From the NCBI GenBank assembly GCA_035275405.1, contig DATEMU010000015.1, positions 737,768 to 801,767 of the forward strand: a DNA stretch of 64,000 bases, read 5' to 3'. Under the pieces are notes generated by a model. That model did no database searches. It saw only the letters and a list, made by a program, of their open reading frames with translations, and was not told where the DNA came from. The position numbers and the translations under genes are program-made. How positions within the stretch are numbered: position 1 is the first letter of the stretch; each line of letters opens with the position of its first letter. Of the stretch, positions 1 through 9,985 are shown one piece after another. The stretch comes from Phycisphaerae bacterium (GTDB lineage Bacteria; Planctomycetota; Phycisphaerae; UBA1845; UTPLA1).

Positions 1-315
1 GCTCGTCGCCGAGCTTCTAAAGCGAATCGAGGCCGACCAACCCAAAGTTGTGTGTCTCGTCACCGTCCACGCCCGCAACATCGCCTGGATCGAGCCGCTC
101 TGTCGCCGGATCACCGAAGCGAAACCCGACATCACCCTGGTGGTGGGGGTTTGGGATCCCAGGTGCAACGCGGCCCGGCTCAGCCGGCGTTTCAGCCGCT
201 TTCGACGCGTACGGTGTTCCGCCCACTTCGCCGCGACGCTGGCGGAGTTGCGCAGTACGATCCATCGAAGCCCTGGCGCGGTCCCTCCTGAGCCCGCCGC
301 GCCCCGGTCCGGCCT

Positions 316-861
316 GTGGGCCGGCCTCCGGCGTCGCGTGCAACGCGGCCCCTCGGCGCCAGGAAAGGTGGTTTCATCGCATTAACCGGGACATGTCGAT
401 CAATGAGGACGAATCACATGAATCGCAAAGTTCAGACATGCATGTTCGCCGCGCTGGTGATCGCCGTCGGCGGTTGTGAATTATTTTTCAATCTGGGTCA
501 GAACCGGACCAGCGTCCGATTGGTGAACAATGCCGACTTCACTGTGGAGGTCGATCTTTACATCTCCAACGAGCAGGACATTCCCCGCGAGGTACTGACT
601 GTCCTGGGCGACAAGCTCGAATTCACGCTGGCCCCCGGCGAATCCACTTCCTTTATGCGCGATTGCGACGATCTCCAGGCCGTCGTCATCGACGACGCCA
701 ACCTTCGCGACTCCGGCTTCTTCGAACCCGACGCCGATACCAACGTCCTCCGCGACGATGGCGATTTCGACTGCGGTGATACGATCGTCTTTACCTTCGA
801 TCATTCGTCCGCCGTCACCGACTTCCACATCAACGTCGAAGTGATCCCGGGCCCCCCTTGA
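316..861 (+). CDS. hypothetical secreted/lipoprotein
   Basis: ORF with N-terminal hydrophobic signal (MFAALVIAVGGC); no recognisable domain. Confidence 0.4.
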   Translation: MGRPPASRATRPLGARKGGFIALTGTCRSMRTNHMNRKVQTCMFAALVIAVGGCELFFNLGQNRTSVRLVNNADFTVEVDLYISNEQDIPREVLTVLGDKLEFTLAPGESTSFMRDCDDLQAVVIDDANLRDSGFFEPDADTNVLRDDGDFDCGDTIVFTFDHSSAVTDFHINVEVIPGPP

Positions 862-871
862 TTCACCCGCC

Positions 872-1480
872 TTGCTATTCGCCGCCGCTCCGTCACAATC
901 CGGCCCCGTGGAAACCGGACCGCCCAAAGGCCGCCTCATCGTCGTCCATGGCTCCATGTTCGCCGGGAAGACCGAGACCCTCATCGCCCGCCTCCGCCGC
1001 GCCCGCGCCGATGGTCTCATCGTCAAAGCCTTCAAGCACTCAATCGACAATCGCTACGACCCGACCCACCTCGTCACGCACACGCAGGATCGCTTCGACG
1101 CCCAGCCCGTCCCTGACGCCGAGACCGTACTAAGAGAATCAGAAGGCGCGGACGTCGTCGCCGTGGATGAGGGGCATTTTTTCAAGCTACCACTTATCCC
1201 TGTCGTGGAAAAACTCGTTGCCCGCGGTGTGACCGTACTTGTCGCCGGGATCAGCAACGACGCGTGGGGCCGCCCCTTCGATCCCATGCCGCAGCTCTGC
1301 GCCATCGCCGACGAAGTCGTGACCAAGCAATCCCCATGCCGCGTCTGCGGCAAGCCCTCGCCCTACACGCAGCGCAACACCCCCATCGACACCCTTCACA
1401 TGGTCGGCGGTCTTGACGACTACGAGCCCCGCTGCCCCGAACATTTTACGCCGCTCGCCCTGCCTCCGGAGAATCGCTAG
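872..1480 (+). CDS. tdk: thymidine kinase
   Basis: P-loop GSMFAGKTETLI and C-terminal Zn-ribbon CRVCGK..CPEH, typical of thymidine kinase. Confidence 0.85.
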   Translation: MLFAAAPSQSGPVETGPPKGRLIVVHGSMFAGKTETLIARLRRARADGLIVKAFKHSIDNRYDPTHLVTHTQDRFDAQPVPDAETVLRESEGADVVAVDEGHFFKLPLIPVVEKLVARGVTVLVAGISNDAWGRPFDPMPQLCAIADEVVTKQSPCRVCGKPSPYTQRNTPIDTLHMVGGLDDYEPRCPEHFTPLALPPENR

Positions 1481-2764
1481 ATGATGCAGGCTCGCGGCAT
1501 CCTCGGCATCCTCGCGCTCCTGTTCATCGCCTGGCTCCTTTCCACCGACCGCCGCCGCTTCCCTTTCAAGACGGTCATCGGCGGCATGGTCCTTCAATGG
1601 CTCCTCGCCCTTCTCGTCCTCAAGACCGAGCCCGGCCGTGCGATCTTCGACGCCCTCGGCAGCGTCGTCGCGGTCATCCTCATCGGCGCGGACCAGGGCG
1701 CCGCCTTCGTCTTCGGTCCGCTTGCCGGGAGCCACGCTGCCGTCTCCTGGGGCGCGATCGTCGGCATCAAGATCATGACCACGATTATCATCGTCGCCAC
1801 GCTCTCGGCACTCGGCTATCACTACGGCATCCTCCAGCGCGTCGTCGCGGGAATGGCCTGGATCATGACGCGGGCCCTCGGCGTCAGCGGCGCGGAATCC
1901 CTCTCCGGCGCGGCCAACGTCTTTCTCGGTCAGACCGAAGCCCCGCTGCTCATCCGCCCCTATCTGCCCACGATGACCCGCTCAGAGATCATGGCCATGA
2001 TGACCGGCGGCTTCGCGACGGTCGCCGCGGGTGTCATGGCCTATTACGTTAGCCTGCTGGGCGGCAATGACCCCGAGCGCATGGCACAGACCGCCCGCCA
2101 CCTGCTCACCGCCTCGCTCATGTCCGCCCCCGCGGCCTTTGTCCTCGCCAAAATCATGGTCCCCGAGCGCGAAAAGCCGGTCACTGGCGGCCCGACGAAG
2201 GTGACGGTCGCGCGGGACACGCACAGCTTCATGGACGCGGCAACGAGCGGCGCCTCCGAGGGCATGAAGCTGGCCATCAACGTCCTCGCCATGCTCATCG
2301 CCTTCGTCGCATTGATCGCCATCCTCGACTACGGCCTGACCGCCTTTGGTCGCGTCTCCTTCATCGCGCCCGCCGTTAGTGCGATGGGAATGAAAGAGTT
2401 GAACCTCGACGAGATCCTCGGTCTCGTCTTCGCGCCGGTGGCCTGGCTCAATGGCGTGCAGTCCTCTGACTGCCGCACGTTCGGCAGCCTGCTCGGCAAG
2501 GCGATGGCGACGAACGAACTCATCGCCTACATGTCGCTCGGCGAGATTATCAAGAGCGGGGCACTCTCCGAGCGCTCGATCACGATCGCGATGTACTCGC
2601 TGTGCGGCTTTGCGAACATCAGCTCAATCGGAATCCAAATCGGCGGCATCGGCGCCCTCGCCCCTGAGCGCCGCCCCGACCTCCTCCACTACGGCCCCCG
2701 CGCCATGCTCGCCGGAGCCATGGCCTGCTGGATGACGGGCTGCATCGCCGGGGTGCTGATCTGA
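1481..2764 (+). CDS. nupC: NupC/CNT family concentrative nucleoside transporter
   Basis: Multi-TM ORF starting directly at the tdk stop; resembles the CNT/NupC family. Confidence 0.75.
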   Translation: MMQARGILGILALLFIAWLLSTDRRRFPFKTVIGGMVLQWLLALLVLKTEPGRAIFDALGSVVAVILIGADQGAAFVFGPLAGSHAAVSWGAIVGIKIMTTIIIVATLSALGYHYGILQRVVAGMAWIMTRALGVSGAESLSGAANVFLGQTEAPLLIRPYLPTMTRSEIMAMMTGGFATVAAGVMAYYVSLLGGNDPERMAQTARHLLTASLMSAPAAFVLAKIMVPEREKPVTGGPTKVTVARDTHSFMDAATSGASEGMKLAINVLAMLIAFVALIAILDYGLTAFGRVSFIAPAVSAMGMKELNLDEILGLVFAPVAWLNGVQSSDCRTFGSLLGKAMATNELIAYMSLGEIIKSGALSERSITIAMYSLCGFANISSIGIQIGGIGALAPERRPDLLHYGPRAMLAGAMACWMTGCIAGVLI

Positions 2765-2860
2765 CGCACGCACACTCAAGAGACCGACCCCCCGCGCCGA
2801 GAATCCTCCGTTGTGCCGGCAAATTCGCCGCAAATCGAAATTTGAAATGCTAAGAGACAC

Positions 2861-4534
2861 TCAATGGGACGCGGGTGATGTCGTCGCCCGCGCGGGGATG
2901 TCTTCTTGACGAACTTCATAGAGGATCACGCCCACGCGGCCGTCGGGGTAGGGAAAGCGGCGCAGCTCACGTCCAGGGACGGGGATGTCGGGCCGTTCGG
3001 CGACCAGTAGCCGGCGATGATGCCCCAGCAGCGGGAGCATCCCGGGCAGCTCCTCGCTCCGCGCAAAGACGACCGGGCCGATTTGGAGCAGCCGGTCGAA
3101 GGTCGGGCCGGGCAGGTATTGCGGCGACTGGGCGAAATACTCCCGAGGCGGCATCCGCGTCCAGTAAAGATAGAGGATGCCAAGCTGATTGGTCTTCATG
3201 GAGGTGAACAGGAAGGCGTCGTAATCGGCCTTCCGGCGGTCGACCTCCGCGAAGACCTCGCGCCATTCGGATTGAAAGGCCTGCGCGGCCGCGATCGGGT
3301 AATCCGCAAAAAACAGCTTCAGGAAATAGCCGACGTTCAGGGCTAGGACCGCCGCGCCGGCGATGAGGAAGCGCCGCACCGACGCGGCCGAGCGCGCACC
3401 CACGGCGGCAAGGATGAAGTCCCCCCCGAGCGCCGCCAATATCTGATACGCCGGCAGACCGCCGATTGAACGCAGGGCATGGCCGCCCTCCCAATTGGCG
3501 GCGGCCGCCGGAACCGGCGAGAGGAGGATCCACCAAATGACCAATTGTGTGAATGGTTCCTGTCGCCATCTTCGCACCGCGCGATAGAGTCCAACGGGAA
3601 TCAGGATCGCGCAGAAGTAGTGCAACTGACCGTACCCGGCGATCGACTGAACGAGCGAATGATCGCCACCGATGAAAAAAAAGTCGGGCGAGAGGTTTTG
3701 CAGATAGTTGCGGACAAACGCCATGACGCCGTCGGCAAGTCCCGTCGTCTTGTGGAAAACCGAGACACTCGCCGCCCGCGTCCAGACCGCCTCAGGGTTC
3801 CTGAACCACGCCCACAAGAACGGCAGGAGGCCAATAAACAGCCCGACGCCCCAGACCATTGGGAATCGCCGTGTCCGGCGGTCGACCAAAAGTTGACGAA
3901 GCCGGTCGCGATAGACAACGACAATCGCCAACAACAGCAAAGGCACAAATACGCGCATGGCGTGATACGTCCACGCGGTCAGCCCGAAGATAAGTCCCGA
4001 GGCGAGCCAGATTGCAGAGTTCTGCCGTCGCACCGCGAGGAGCAAGAGCAGCATGGCCAGCACCATCAGCGTGGGACAGGTCCCCGCCTCGAACGCGAGC
4101 CGCGTGACATGGACATGCCAGGGCGAGACCGCCAGGAAGAGCGCGGCCATCGCCGCAGCCCGATCGTTGTACACGCGGCGAAGGAGTTCATAAAGAAGCC
4201 AGACACCGACGACGCCGATCAGCGCGCCCGGCAGCCGCGTCGTCCACACGTTCATGCCGAACAGCGCCTGCAGCGGCATTAACAAATAGACAAATACTCC
4301 GGGGTGGTAGTCCCGAAACGCGCGGAAGAAGATCGGCCACGCTTCGCCGCGGTGGTCCTTACCCGTCTCCAGCAGGCACCACGCGTCATAGGCGTGAACG
4401 GCCTCGTCCTGGTTGATCGCCGGCGGCACATTGTCCAACCGGTAAAAGCGCAATGCGGCCGCGAGCAGCACGATAAGCAGTAGCGTCCACGATCGGCGCC
4501 GGTTGGGCAGTGCGTCGTCGGGCCGTGGGTTCAT
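2861..4534 (-). CDS. ArnT/PMT-like family 39 glycosyltransferase (membrane)
   Basis: Multi-TM ORF resembling the GT39/ArnT N-terminal region (YHPGVFVYLLMPL...WTTRLPGALIGV); likely start at internal Met (MNPRPDD) giving a TGATG overlap with the upstream gene. Confidence 0.55.
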   Translation of the reverse strand: MNPRPDDALPNRRRSWTLLLIVLLAAALRFYRLDNVPPAINQDEAVHAYDAWCLLETGKDHRGEAWPIFFRAFRDYHPGVFVYLLMPLQALFGMNVWTTRLPGALIGVVGVWLLYELLRRVYNDRAAAMAALFLAVSPWHVHVTRLAFEAGTCPTLMVLAMLLLLLAVRRQNSAIWLASGLIFGLTAWTYHAMRVFVPLLLLAIVVVYRDRLRQLLVDRRTRRFPMVWGVGLFIGLLPFLWAWFRNPEAVWTRAASVSVFHKTTGLADGVMAFVRNYLQNLSPDFFFIGGDHSLVQSIAGYGQLHYFCAILIPVGLYRAVRRWRQEPFTQLVIWWILLSPVPAAAANWEGGHALRSIGGLPAYQILAALGGDFILAAVGARSAASVRRFLIAGAAVLALNVGYFLKLFFADYPIAAAQAFQSEWREVFAEVDRRKADYDAFLFTSMKTNQLGILYLYWTRMPPREYFAQSPQYLPGPTFDRLLQIGPVVFARSEELPGMLPLLGHHRRLLVAERPDIPVPGRELRRFPYPDGRVGVILYEVRQEDIPARATTSPASH

Positions 4535-5346
4535 CACGAAGGGCCACCGGAGTTTCGATCGGTGAGACCGCCCGTTATTCCGGGGGAGCCAGGCATGGCA
4601 ATCGGATCGGGCGGCTGAATTTGGAAGCAATCGGGGCGCAACCGGCCGTTGGCAACGACCTCATGGTAAGCGCACTCGACAATAGTTCTTTCCCGGCCAT
4701 CCTCCGACGCATCGACGACCGACCACCTCCGGATCAACAGCTCGTCCTGATCGATCCACAGGCGCTGGACGTTTTTCCGAACCGGCCAGACGATCCTCCG
4801 GGCGAACACATAACAGGGGCGGTCGCCGGACCACGCAACGCCCTGCAATCGCCACGCGGGAAACCCGCCCGTTTGATCCTTTCCCAGGGCCGACGAACGG
4901 TCCTCCCATAAGGCCGGCAGCAGGAAGGGGACGTCATCGGAAAGTGCCATGGCGGCGGCCTCAATCGGCGCGGCCCGCGGCGAGCGGCCGCCCTGAAAGC
5001 GACCGGTCGCTGAACGATAAGTCCAGCACTCCGCACCCGAAACGATGGCCACGTCCCGGTCGATCTGTAAACGGCAGCGGGACGGTCGGGACAAATCCCA
5101 CGAGAGGGGGACGACGCGGCGCGTTCCGTGCCGAAAATCCGACAGGACCCCCTTGACCTGCAGCGTGCTCAGCCGGTTGTGAGCGGTGATGCATTTGTCG
5201 AGGATTTCGTCGGCGCGGGTCAGACTGGCGCTGATTGCGGACGGCGGGTCGCCCCGGGGCGGGGGGCATCCCGACCCGCTCGCGAGAACAATGGTCGGCA
5301 GAACCAAAAGACGGGCACGCCATGATCGAGGTCGACAAAGGGTCAT
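4534..5346 (-). CDS. hypothetical secreted protein (possibly LolA-like)
   Basis: Signal peptide (LLVLPTIVLASGSGC); coupled to the downstream glycosyltransferase; fold assignment not verifiable. Confidence 0.35.
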   Translation of the reverse strand: MTLCRPRSWRARLLVLPTIVLASGSGCPPPRGDPPSAISASLTRADEILDKCITAHNRLSTLQVKGVLSDFRHGTRRVVPLSWDLSRPSRCRLQIDRDVAIVSGAECWTYRSATGRFQGGRSPRAAPIEAAAMALSDDVPFLLPALWEDRSSALGKDQTGGFPAWRLQGVAWSGDRPCYVFARRIVWPVRKNVQRLWIDQDELLIRRWSVVDASEDGRERTIVECAYHEVVANGRLRPDCFQIQPPDPIAMPGSPGITGGLTDRNSGGPS

Positions 5347-5609
5347 CGATATGGGCGGCGGACGATGCACGTCAAAGGCCTTCGTGAGCAATCTACAAGA
5401 CCGGAGCATTTCGCGGCGTCAGGTTATCGTACCTGCGTGTCCTTGTATTGTGCAGTCTTGTCCCTCTCTGAGGCGCAAAACAATATCGGGCGTTGCGGCC
5501 GGATAAATTTTTCGCCAAGCGGCGTACTTTTGATTGGCGCAGCGGGCGGCGGTTGGCAAAATGTACGCGGGTTGGGGGCATGAGGCCGCCTGAGCGCTAG
5601 CGAGCAAGG

Positions 5610-6164
5610 ATGATCCCGTTGAAACAACATGCTCAGGTGGCCGCGGCGCTCGAGGAGCATCTCGCCGAGCGCTTTGATGGCGTGACCGTTCGCATCGGCG
5701 ACAACATTCACTACAAAGGAACGAACATCGTCATTACCTGTCCGGCCTTCGCGGCCTGGCTGCCGGAGCAGCGCTTTCACCACATCGTGCGGGCGATCCC
5801 CGCGGACTTTTACGAGCGCCATCTGCGGCAGGGCGTGGTGTGGTTCGAACTGGCCCCGGGGGAAAGCCCTGCGGCCTACATGAAGATGCCGCGTTCGGAA
5901 GACATCGAGGCCGATGAAGCGACGATTGGTCATCGCCTGAGGGCGATCGATTTCTATGCGCGCCTGCAGGCAGCGCTCAGCGCGCGCAACGCGATGCCGT
6001 CGGCGGACGATTTTGTCGTGTCCAGGCGACTGCTGGCCGAATCGGGGATGGACGAAGTCAGCGTGATGAAAGCCTGCTTATTCCTGATTCGTCAGGGGGC
6101 GTATTGCGACGCACAGGTTTTGGCTGATATCGTGCCGAGGATGGCCGTCGAGCAGGCACGTTAA
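5610..6164 (+). CDS. hypothetical protein
   Basis: 184-aa ORF with coding-like composition and no recognisable motif. Confidence 0.4.
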   Translation: MIPLKQHAQVAAALEEHLAERFDGVTVRIGDNIHYKGTNIVITCPAFAAWLPEQRFHHIVRAIPADFYERHLRQGVVWFELAPGESPAAYMKMPRSEDIEADEATIGHRLRAIDFYARLQAALSARNAMPSADDFVVSRRLLAESGMDEVSVMKACLFLIRQGAYCDAQVLADIVPRMAVEQAR

Positions 6165-6171
6165 CCGACTC

Positions 6172-6444
6172 TTAGAAACCGAAGCCGCCGTTTCCAGTAT
6201 CGTTGCCCAGGCCGCCGCCGGTCCCGGTGTCGGTGCCGGTGCCGCCGCCAAGGAGCAGTTGAATGGGCAGGAGCATCACGCCGTTTACGAGTTGAAAGAA
6301 CGCCGACGGGGCCTGGTTGAGGGAGGTCGCCACGACTTGCGTCAGTCCGTGGCCACATTGGGAAAGCTGAAAGAGGGGCGCGGCGGCCATAACGATCGCG
6401 ACGCGGCGCGTCCATCGGAAGCGTTTCCAAGTTCGCTGGGTCAT
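6172..6444 (-). CDS. small secreted Gly-rich protein (paralog 1)
   Basis: RR-containing signal-like N-terminus (WTRRVAIVMAAAPLFQLSQC) and Gly/Thr-rich C-terminus; paralog of the adjacent ORF. Confidence 0.4.
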   Translation of the reverse strand: MTQRTWKRFRWTRRVAIVMAAAPLFQLSQCGHGLTQVVATSLNQAPSAFFQLVNGVMLLPIQLLLGGGTGTDTGTGGGLGNDTGNGGFGF

Positions 6445-6504
6445 GTGATGATCCTCGCACTGTCGAGCAATGGGGCGCTGCGGCCGCTTCGTCAGCAGAA
6501 TCGC

Positions 6505-6771
6505 CTAATTGATGATCGGATACGGGTTGCCGCCGAGAAAAGTTTGAATGACGTCCGATCCGGGGAAGTTCTGGAACAACACCTGCTGGACCGAGCCGAC
6601 AAATAGACTGAAGACCGTGCTGGTGATCTGCTGACCCAGGTACGAATTCAGGGCAAAAGGATCGCAGGTGCCGGTCGTTTGAAAGAGCGGCAGCGCGGCA
6701 ACGGCCATGAGCAGTCCCTTCCGTCGGCGATAAAGTCGAGTGATGAAAGAGGTCATCGTGGTGGTCTCCAA
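6505..6771 (-). CDS. small secreted protein (paralog 2)
   Basis: RRRKGLLMAVAALPLFQTTGTC N-terminus, sharing the AALPLFQ..C..FQ motif with 6172-6444. Confidence 0.4.
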   Translation of the reverse strand: METTTMTSFITRLYRRRKGLLMAVAALPLFQTTGTCDPFALNSYLGQQITSTVFSLFVGSVQQVLFQNFPGSDVIQTFLGGNPYPIIN

Positions 6772-6935
6772 TGGTCTTCTGCGAGCGGGGCCGCACTATA
6801 TCGAAAGTTGCCGGGCCTCGCAACGCACCAAGACCGGCGAAACGGCGGACCGCCTCTCTCCCTATATCGACGGGCGAGGGCCTCTCTAACTAGCGGCGCC
6901 GGTTTTGGTTAAGGGGGAACCGGCAGAGCCCCGTT

Positions 6936-9140
6936 TTAGGGGGCAGCGGTTTTTTCGCCTGGGCCGGTCCGACGGTTTAGCTGAATGAGCCGTTGGTATT
7001 CGCCATCCCCAAAGGTATCCTCCAATCCGTCGGGTACGCGGCGAAGGGCGTCTGACAGTACCTCGCGAGCCTCCTTGAATCGACCGGCCCGTTCGAGCGC
7101 CGAGGCGTAACCGATTTGACAGGCGATCCTGTAACGGTCTTCCTGTGCGGGGAGACCGCCATACGTATCCCACGCCCCCTTCAATAACACTATCGCTTCA
7201 TCATGGCGCCCTTGTCCGGACAACATCGACGCGTAACTCAGGAGGCCGATCGCCAATCGCTGCGTGGGCGCCGGAGAAGCGCGGCGCAGTGTCTCGATTC
7301 CGTCCTTGTAAAGCTGTTCGGCCCGCTCGAATTGAGGGGGCCTGGCCGCGGAGCGCAGCGCAAACGCCAGACAGATCTTTGAATCGCCGACGTCGAAGTG
7401 CTCCCCTCCGAGCCGACGCATTCGGATGTTGAGGGCTTCCTGCTGGATGATCTCAGCGCCCGTCCGTTTCAGAAACGTCATGGCCCGGCCCAACAGCACC
7501 AATCGCTCCGCGAGCACGAGTTCATCCATTTCCGGGAGGCCCCGTGTCAGCTTGGCCGCTGTTTCCGCGTGCGCCAGCGATTCCTCCCATTTCCAGAGAT
7601 TGGCATAGGCCTGTCCGAGCTTGTAGTGAAGCTCGGCGGCGAGTGCCGGTTCGTCCGTCAACTCCCCCGAGACACGCTGCGCGATGTCATTCAGGACGTC
7701 GATGATGTTGATGGCGCTTCCGTTTCGATAGGGATTGGCGGAGAGAATGGTCTCCTCCAGCAGGCGGCTGATTCGACCGGCGCGGGTCGAGGCGAGGATG
7801 GCATCGTGGCGATCCGATTGGGCGCGGGCCTCGGCATCGCGGGCGCGCACGCGCATCACGTTTGACACCACCACCGCCGCGGAAAGGGCCAGGATCGTCA
7901 CCGTCAACATTGAGACAGCGGCGGCGTTGCGCCGTACGAATTTGGCGGCCCGGTAGACGGACGTCGCGGACCGGGCGACGACCGGGTGGCCGTTGAGGTA
8001 GCGCTGGAGGTCGCTCTCGAGTTGTTCCACGGATTGGTAGCGATCGTCGGCGCGCTGTCGCGTCGCCTTCGCGACGATCGCGTCCAGGTCTCCCCGGAGT
8101 AGGCGACAAAGCTGTGCGGGTGTGGCGCCGCGGACGGTGGCTCTTGGCCCGCGATCGTCAGAAACAACCGTCGTTCTCGTTCGATTTCGACCGAATGCCG
8201 CACTGGGCGCGGCGATCTCTTCCAAGAGATAATGCGAGTCGCGTTCCGAAGTGGGAGCCGCTCGCGCGGGCAGTCCGGTCAGCAATTCGTACAGAATCAG
8301 CCCCAGCGAAAAAACATCGCAGGAAATCGTGACGCGCTGATCCAGGAGCTGTTCCGGGCTGGCATAACGCGGCGTGACGAGGCGGATGCAATGCAAGGTG
8401 CGATCGTCGGCGGACCCCGTCGACTCCGACTGAAGGAGCTTGGCGATTCCGAAGTCGAGCAACTTCGGCTGGCCGTCGTTCGAGACCAGGATGTTCGCGG
8501 GCTTAAGGTCGCGATGCACAATCAAGTGGCGATGCGCGTGACCGACGGCGTCGCACACCTTCAAGAACAACTCGAGCCGTTCCCGCAGGCTCAGCCGGGC
8601 TTCGTCGCAATAGCGGTCGATGGGTGTGCCGGCGATGAATTCCATCGCCAGGTAGGGCATCCCATCGGTCGTCGCGCCGCCGTCGAGCAGGCGGGCGATG
8701 CCGGGATGATTCAAATCCGCCAGGGCCTGCCGTTCCTGGCGGAATTTCCTGACGAGCAGAGGCGAGGCCAAATCGCGGTGAATAATCTTGACGGCAACCT
8801 GCTGGCGAAACTCGTCTCCGGTGCGAACCGCGCGAAAGACCATCCCCATCCCGCCGACGGCGATGAGCTCTTCGAGCCGGAAGGGCCCAACTTGTCGTCC
8901 GAGGTACTCCTGGGGCGACGGATCGGAAATCGAGCCTCGGTGGCTCAGACCGGGCTCGTTGAGAAATCGATCGGCGCTATCGTGCGCCGACAGTAGCGAG
9001 CGTACTTCGGATCGAAGACGATCGTTGTCGCCGCAGGCCGCCGACAAGAACCGCTCGCGCTGCGCAGGCGCCACCTCCAACGCGTCGTTGAACAAATCGT
9101 CTGGATGGGGCAGGTTCTCAGTTGACATCAGCGCGTCCAT
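6936..9140 (-). CDS. serine/threonine protein kinase with C-terminal TPR-like region
   Basis: Hanks kinase motifs (VAVKII, HRDLKPANILV, DFGIAKLL, SPEQ); probable start at the internal MDALMSTENLP. Confidence 0.85.
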   Translation of the reverse strand: MDALMSTENLPHPDDLFNDALEVAPAQRERFLSAACGDNDRLRSEVRSLLSAHDSADRFLNEPGLSHRGSISDPSPQEYLGRQVGPFRLEELIAVGGMGMVFRAVRTGDEFRQQVAVKIIHRDLASPLLVRKFRQERQALADLNHPGIARLLDGGATTDGMPYLAMEFIAGTPIDRYCDEARLSLRERLELFLKVCDAVGHAHRHLIVHRDLKPANILVSNDGQPKLLDFGIAKLLQSESTGSADDRTLHCIRLVTPRYASPEQLLDQRVTISCDVFSLGLILYELLTGLPARAAPTSERDSHYLLEEIAAPSAAFGRNRTRTTVVSDDRGPRATVRGATPAQLCRLLRGDLDAIVAKATRQRADDRYQSVEQLESDLQRYLNGHPVVARSATSVYRAAKFVRRNAAAVSMLTVTILALSAAVVVSNVMRVRARDAEARAQSDRHDAILASTRAGRISRLLEETILSANPYRNGSAINIIDVLNDIAQRVSGELTDEPALAAELHYKLGQAYANLWKWEESLAHAETAAKLTRGLPEMDELVLAERLVLLGRAMTFLKRTGAEIIQQEALNIRMRRLGGEHFDVGDSKICLAFALRSAARPPQFERAEQLYKDGIETLRRASPAPTQRLAIGLLSYASMLSGQGRHDEAIVLLKGAWDTYGGLPAQEDRYRIACQIGYASALERAGRFKEAREVLSDALRRVPDGLEDTFGDGEYQRLIQLNRRTGPGEKTAAP

Positions 9141-9777
9141 TGCCGTCGGCGCGACGGTCGGAGGCCAGTTCGCGATAGAGCCAGGCCCGCGCGTAGCGCC
9201 AATCACGCTCGACCGTCCGCGTCGTCGTGTCCAGCGCTTCGGCGATTTCATCATTCGTCAGGCCGGCGAAGAACCGCATCTGGATGACCATGCACTTTCG
9301 CTCATCATGTGCAGCGAGTTTCTCCAAGGCATCGCTCAACGCCAGCAGATCCAACGAATTCGCCATCGGGTCATCCGCGACGCCGTCCAGTTGCACACGC
9401 GACCAGCCGCCGCCGCGCTTGGCCCGTTTCATGGAGCGGGCTTCTTCAACGAGAATGTGACGCATGGCCACCGCGGCTGCGGCCAGACATTGGGTGCGGC
9501 CTGCGCCGGCCGCCTGACCGCTCCGGGCGAGACGCAAGTAGGCCTCGTGGACCAGCGCCGTCGTCTGGAGCGGGTGGTCCGATCGCTCTTTCATCAAGTG
9601 GCGGCGGGCCATTCGTCGAAGTTCGCCGTACAGGACGGCAACGAGTTCGTCGAAGGCGGATGGCTGCTGCGAATCGGACGATTCCTCCACCGAAGGCTCC
9701 ACTGCCTGATGCGGGATCATTCCCCTCACCTCAAAAAAACCGTGTCGGTCTTCCGCCTCCGTTGGCGCATCACTCAT
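9118..9777 (-). CDS. ECF-type RNA polymerase sigma-70 factor
   Basis: Region 2/4 motifs (FDELVAVLYGELRRMARRHL, LTNDEIAEALDTTTRTVERDWRYARAWL); likely start at MSDAPTEAE. Confidence 0.8.
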   Translation of the reverse strand: MSDAPTEAEDRHGFFEVRGMIPHQAVEPSVEESSDSQQPSAFDELVAVLYGELRRMARRHLMKERSDHPLQTTALVHEAYLRLARSGQAAGAGRTQCLAAAAVAMRHILVEEARSMKRAKRGGGWSRVQLDGVADDPMANSLDLLALSDALEKLAAHDERKCMVIQMRFFAGLTNDEIAEALDTTTRTVERDWRYARAWLYRELASDRRADGNGRADVN

Positions 9778-9985
9778 TATACAACGCTCCTGGCCCCGAA
9801 CGACGCTTTTCGCGGCTTTCAGCAGGGCGTTGCGCACGCGCGAGCCCCATAAGCCGGTCGCGATGGCACGGAATCCGAACGTTTTCCACTGACATCGCGA
9901 TGCCGTGGAGGGTGCGCGCGTGGGTCCCGCCCCGGGGTCGCACCCCGCAACCTCACACCAGTCCGTCAAACGAAAGGAACGTATT

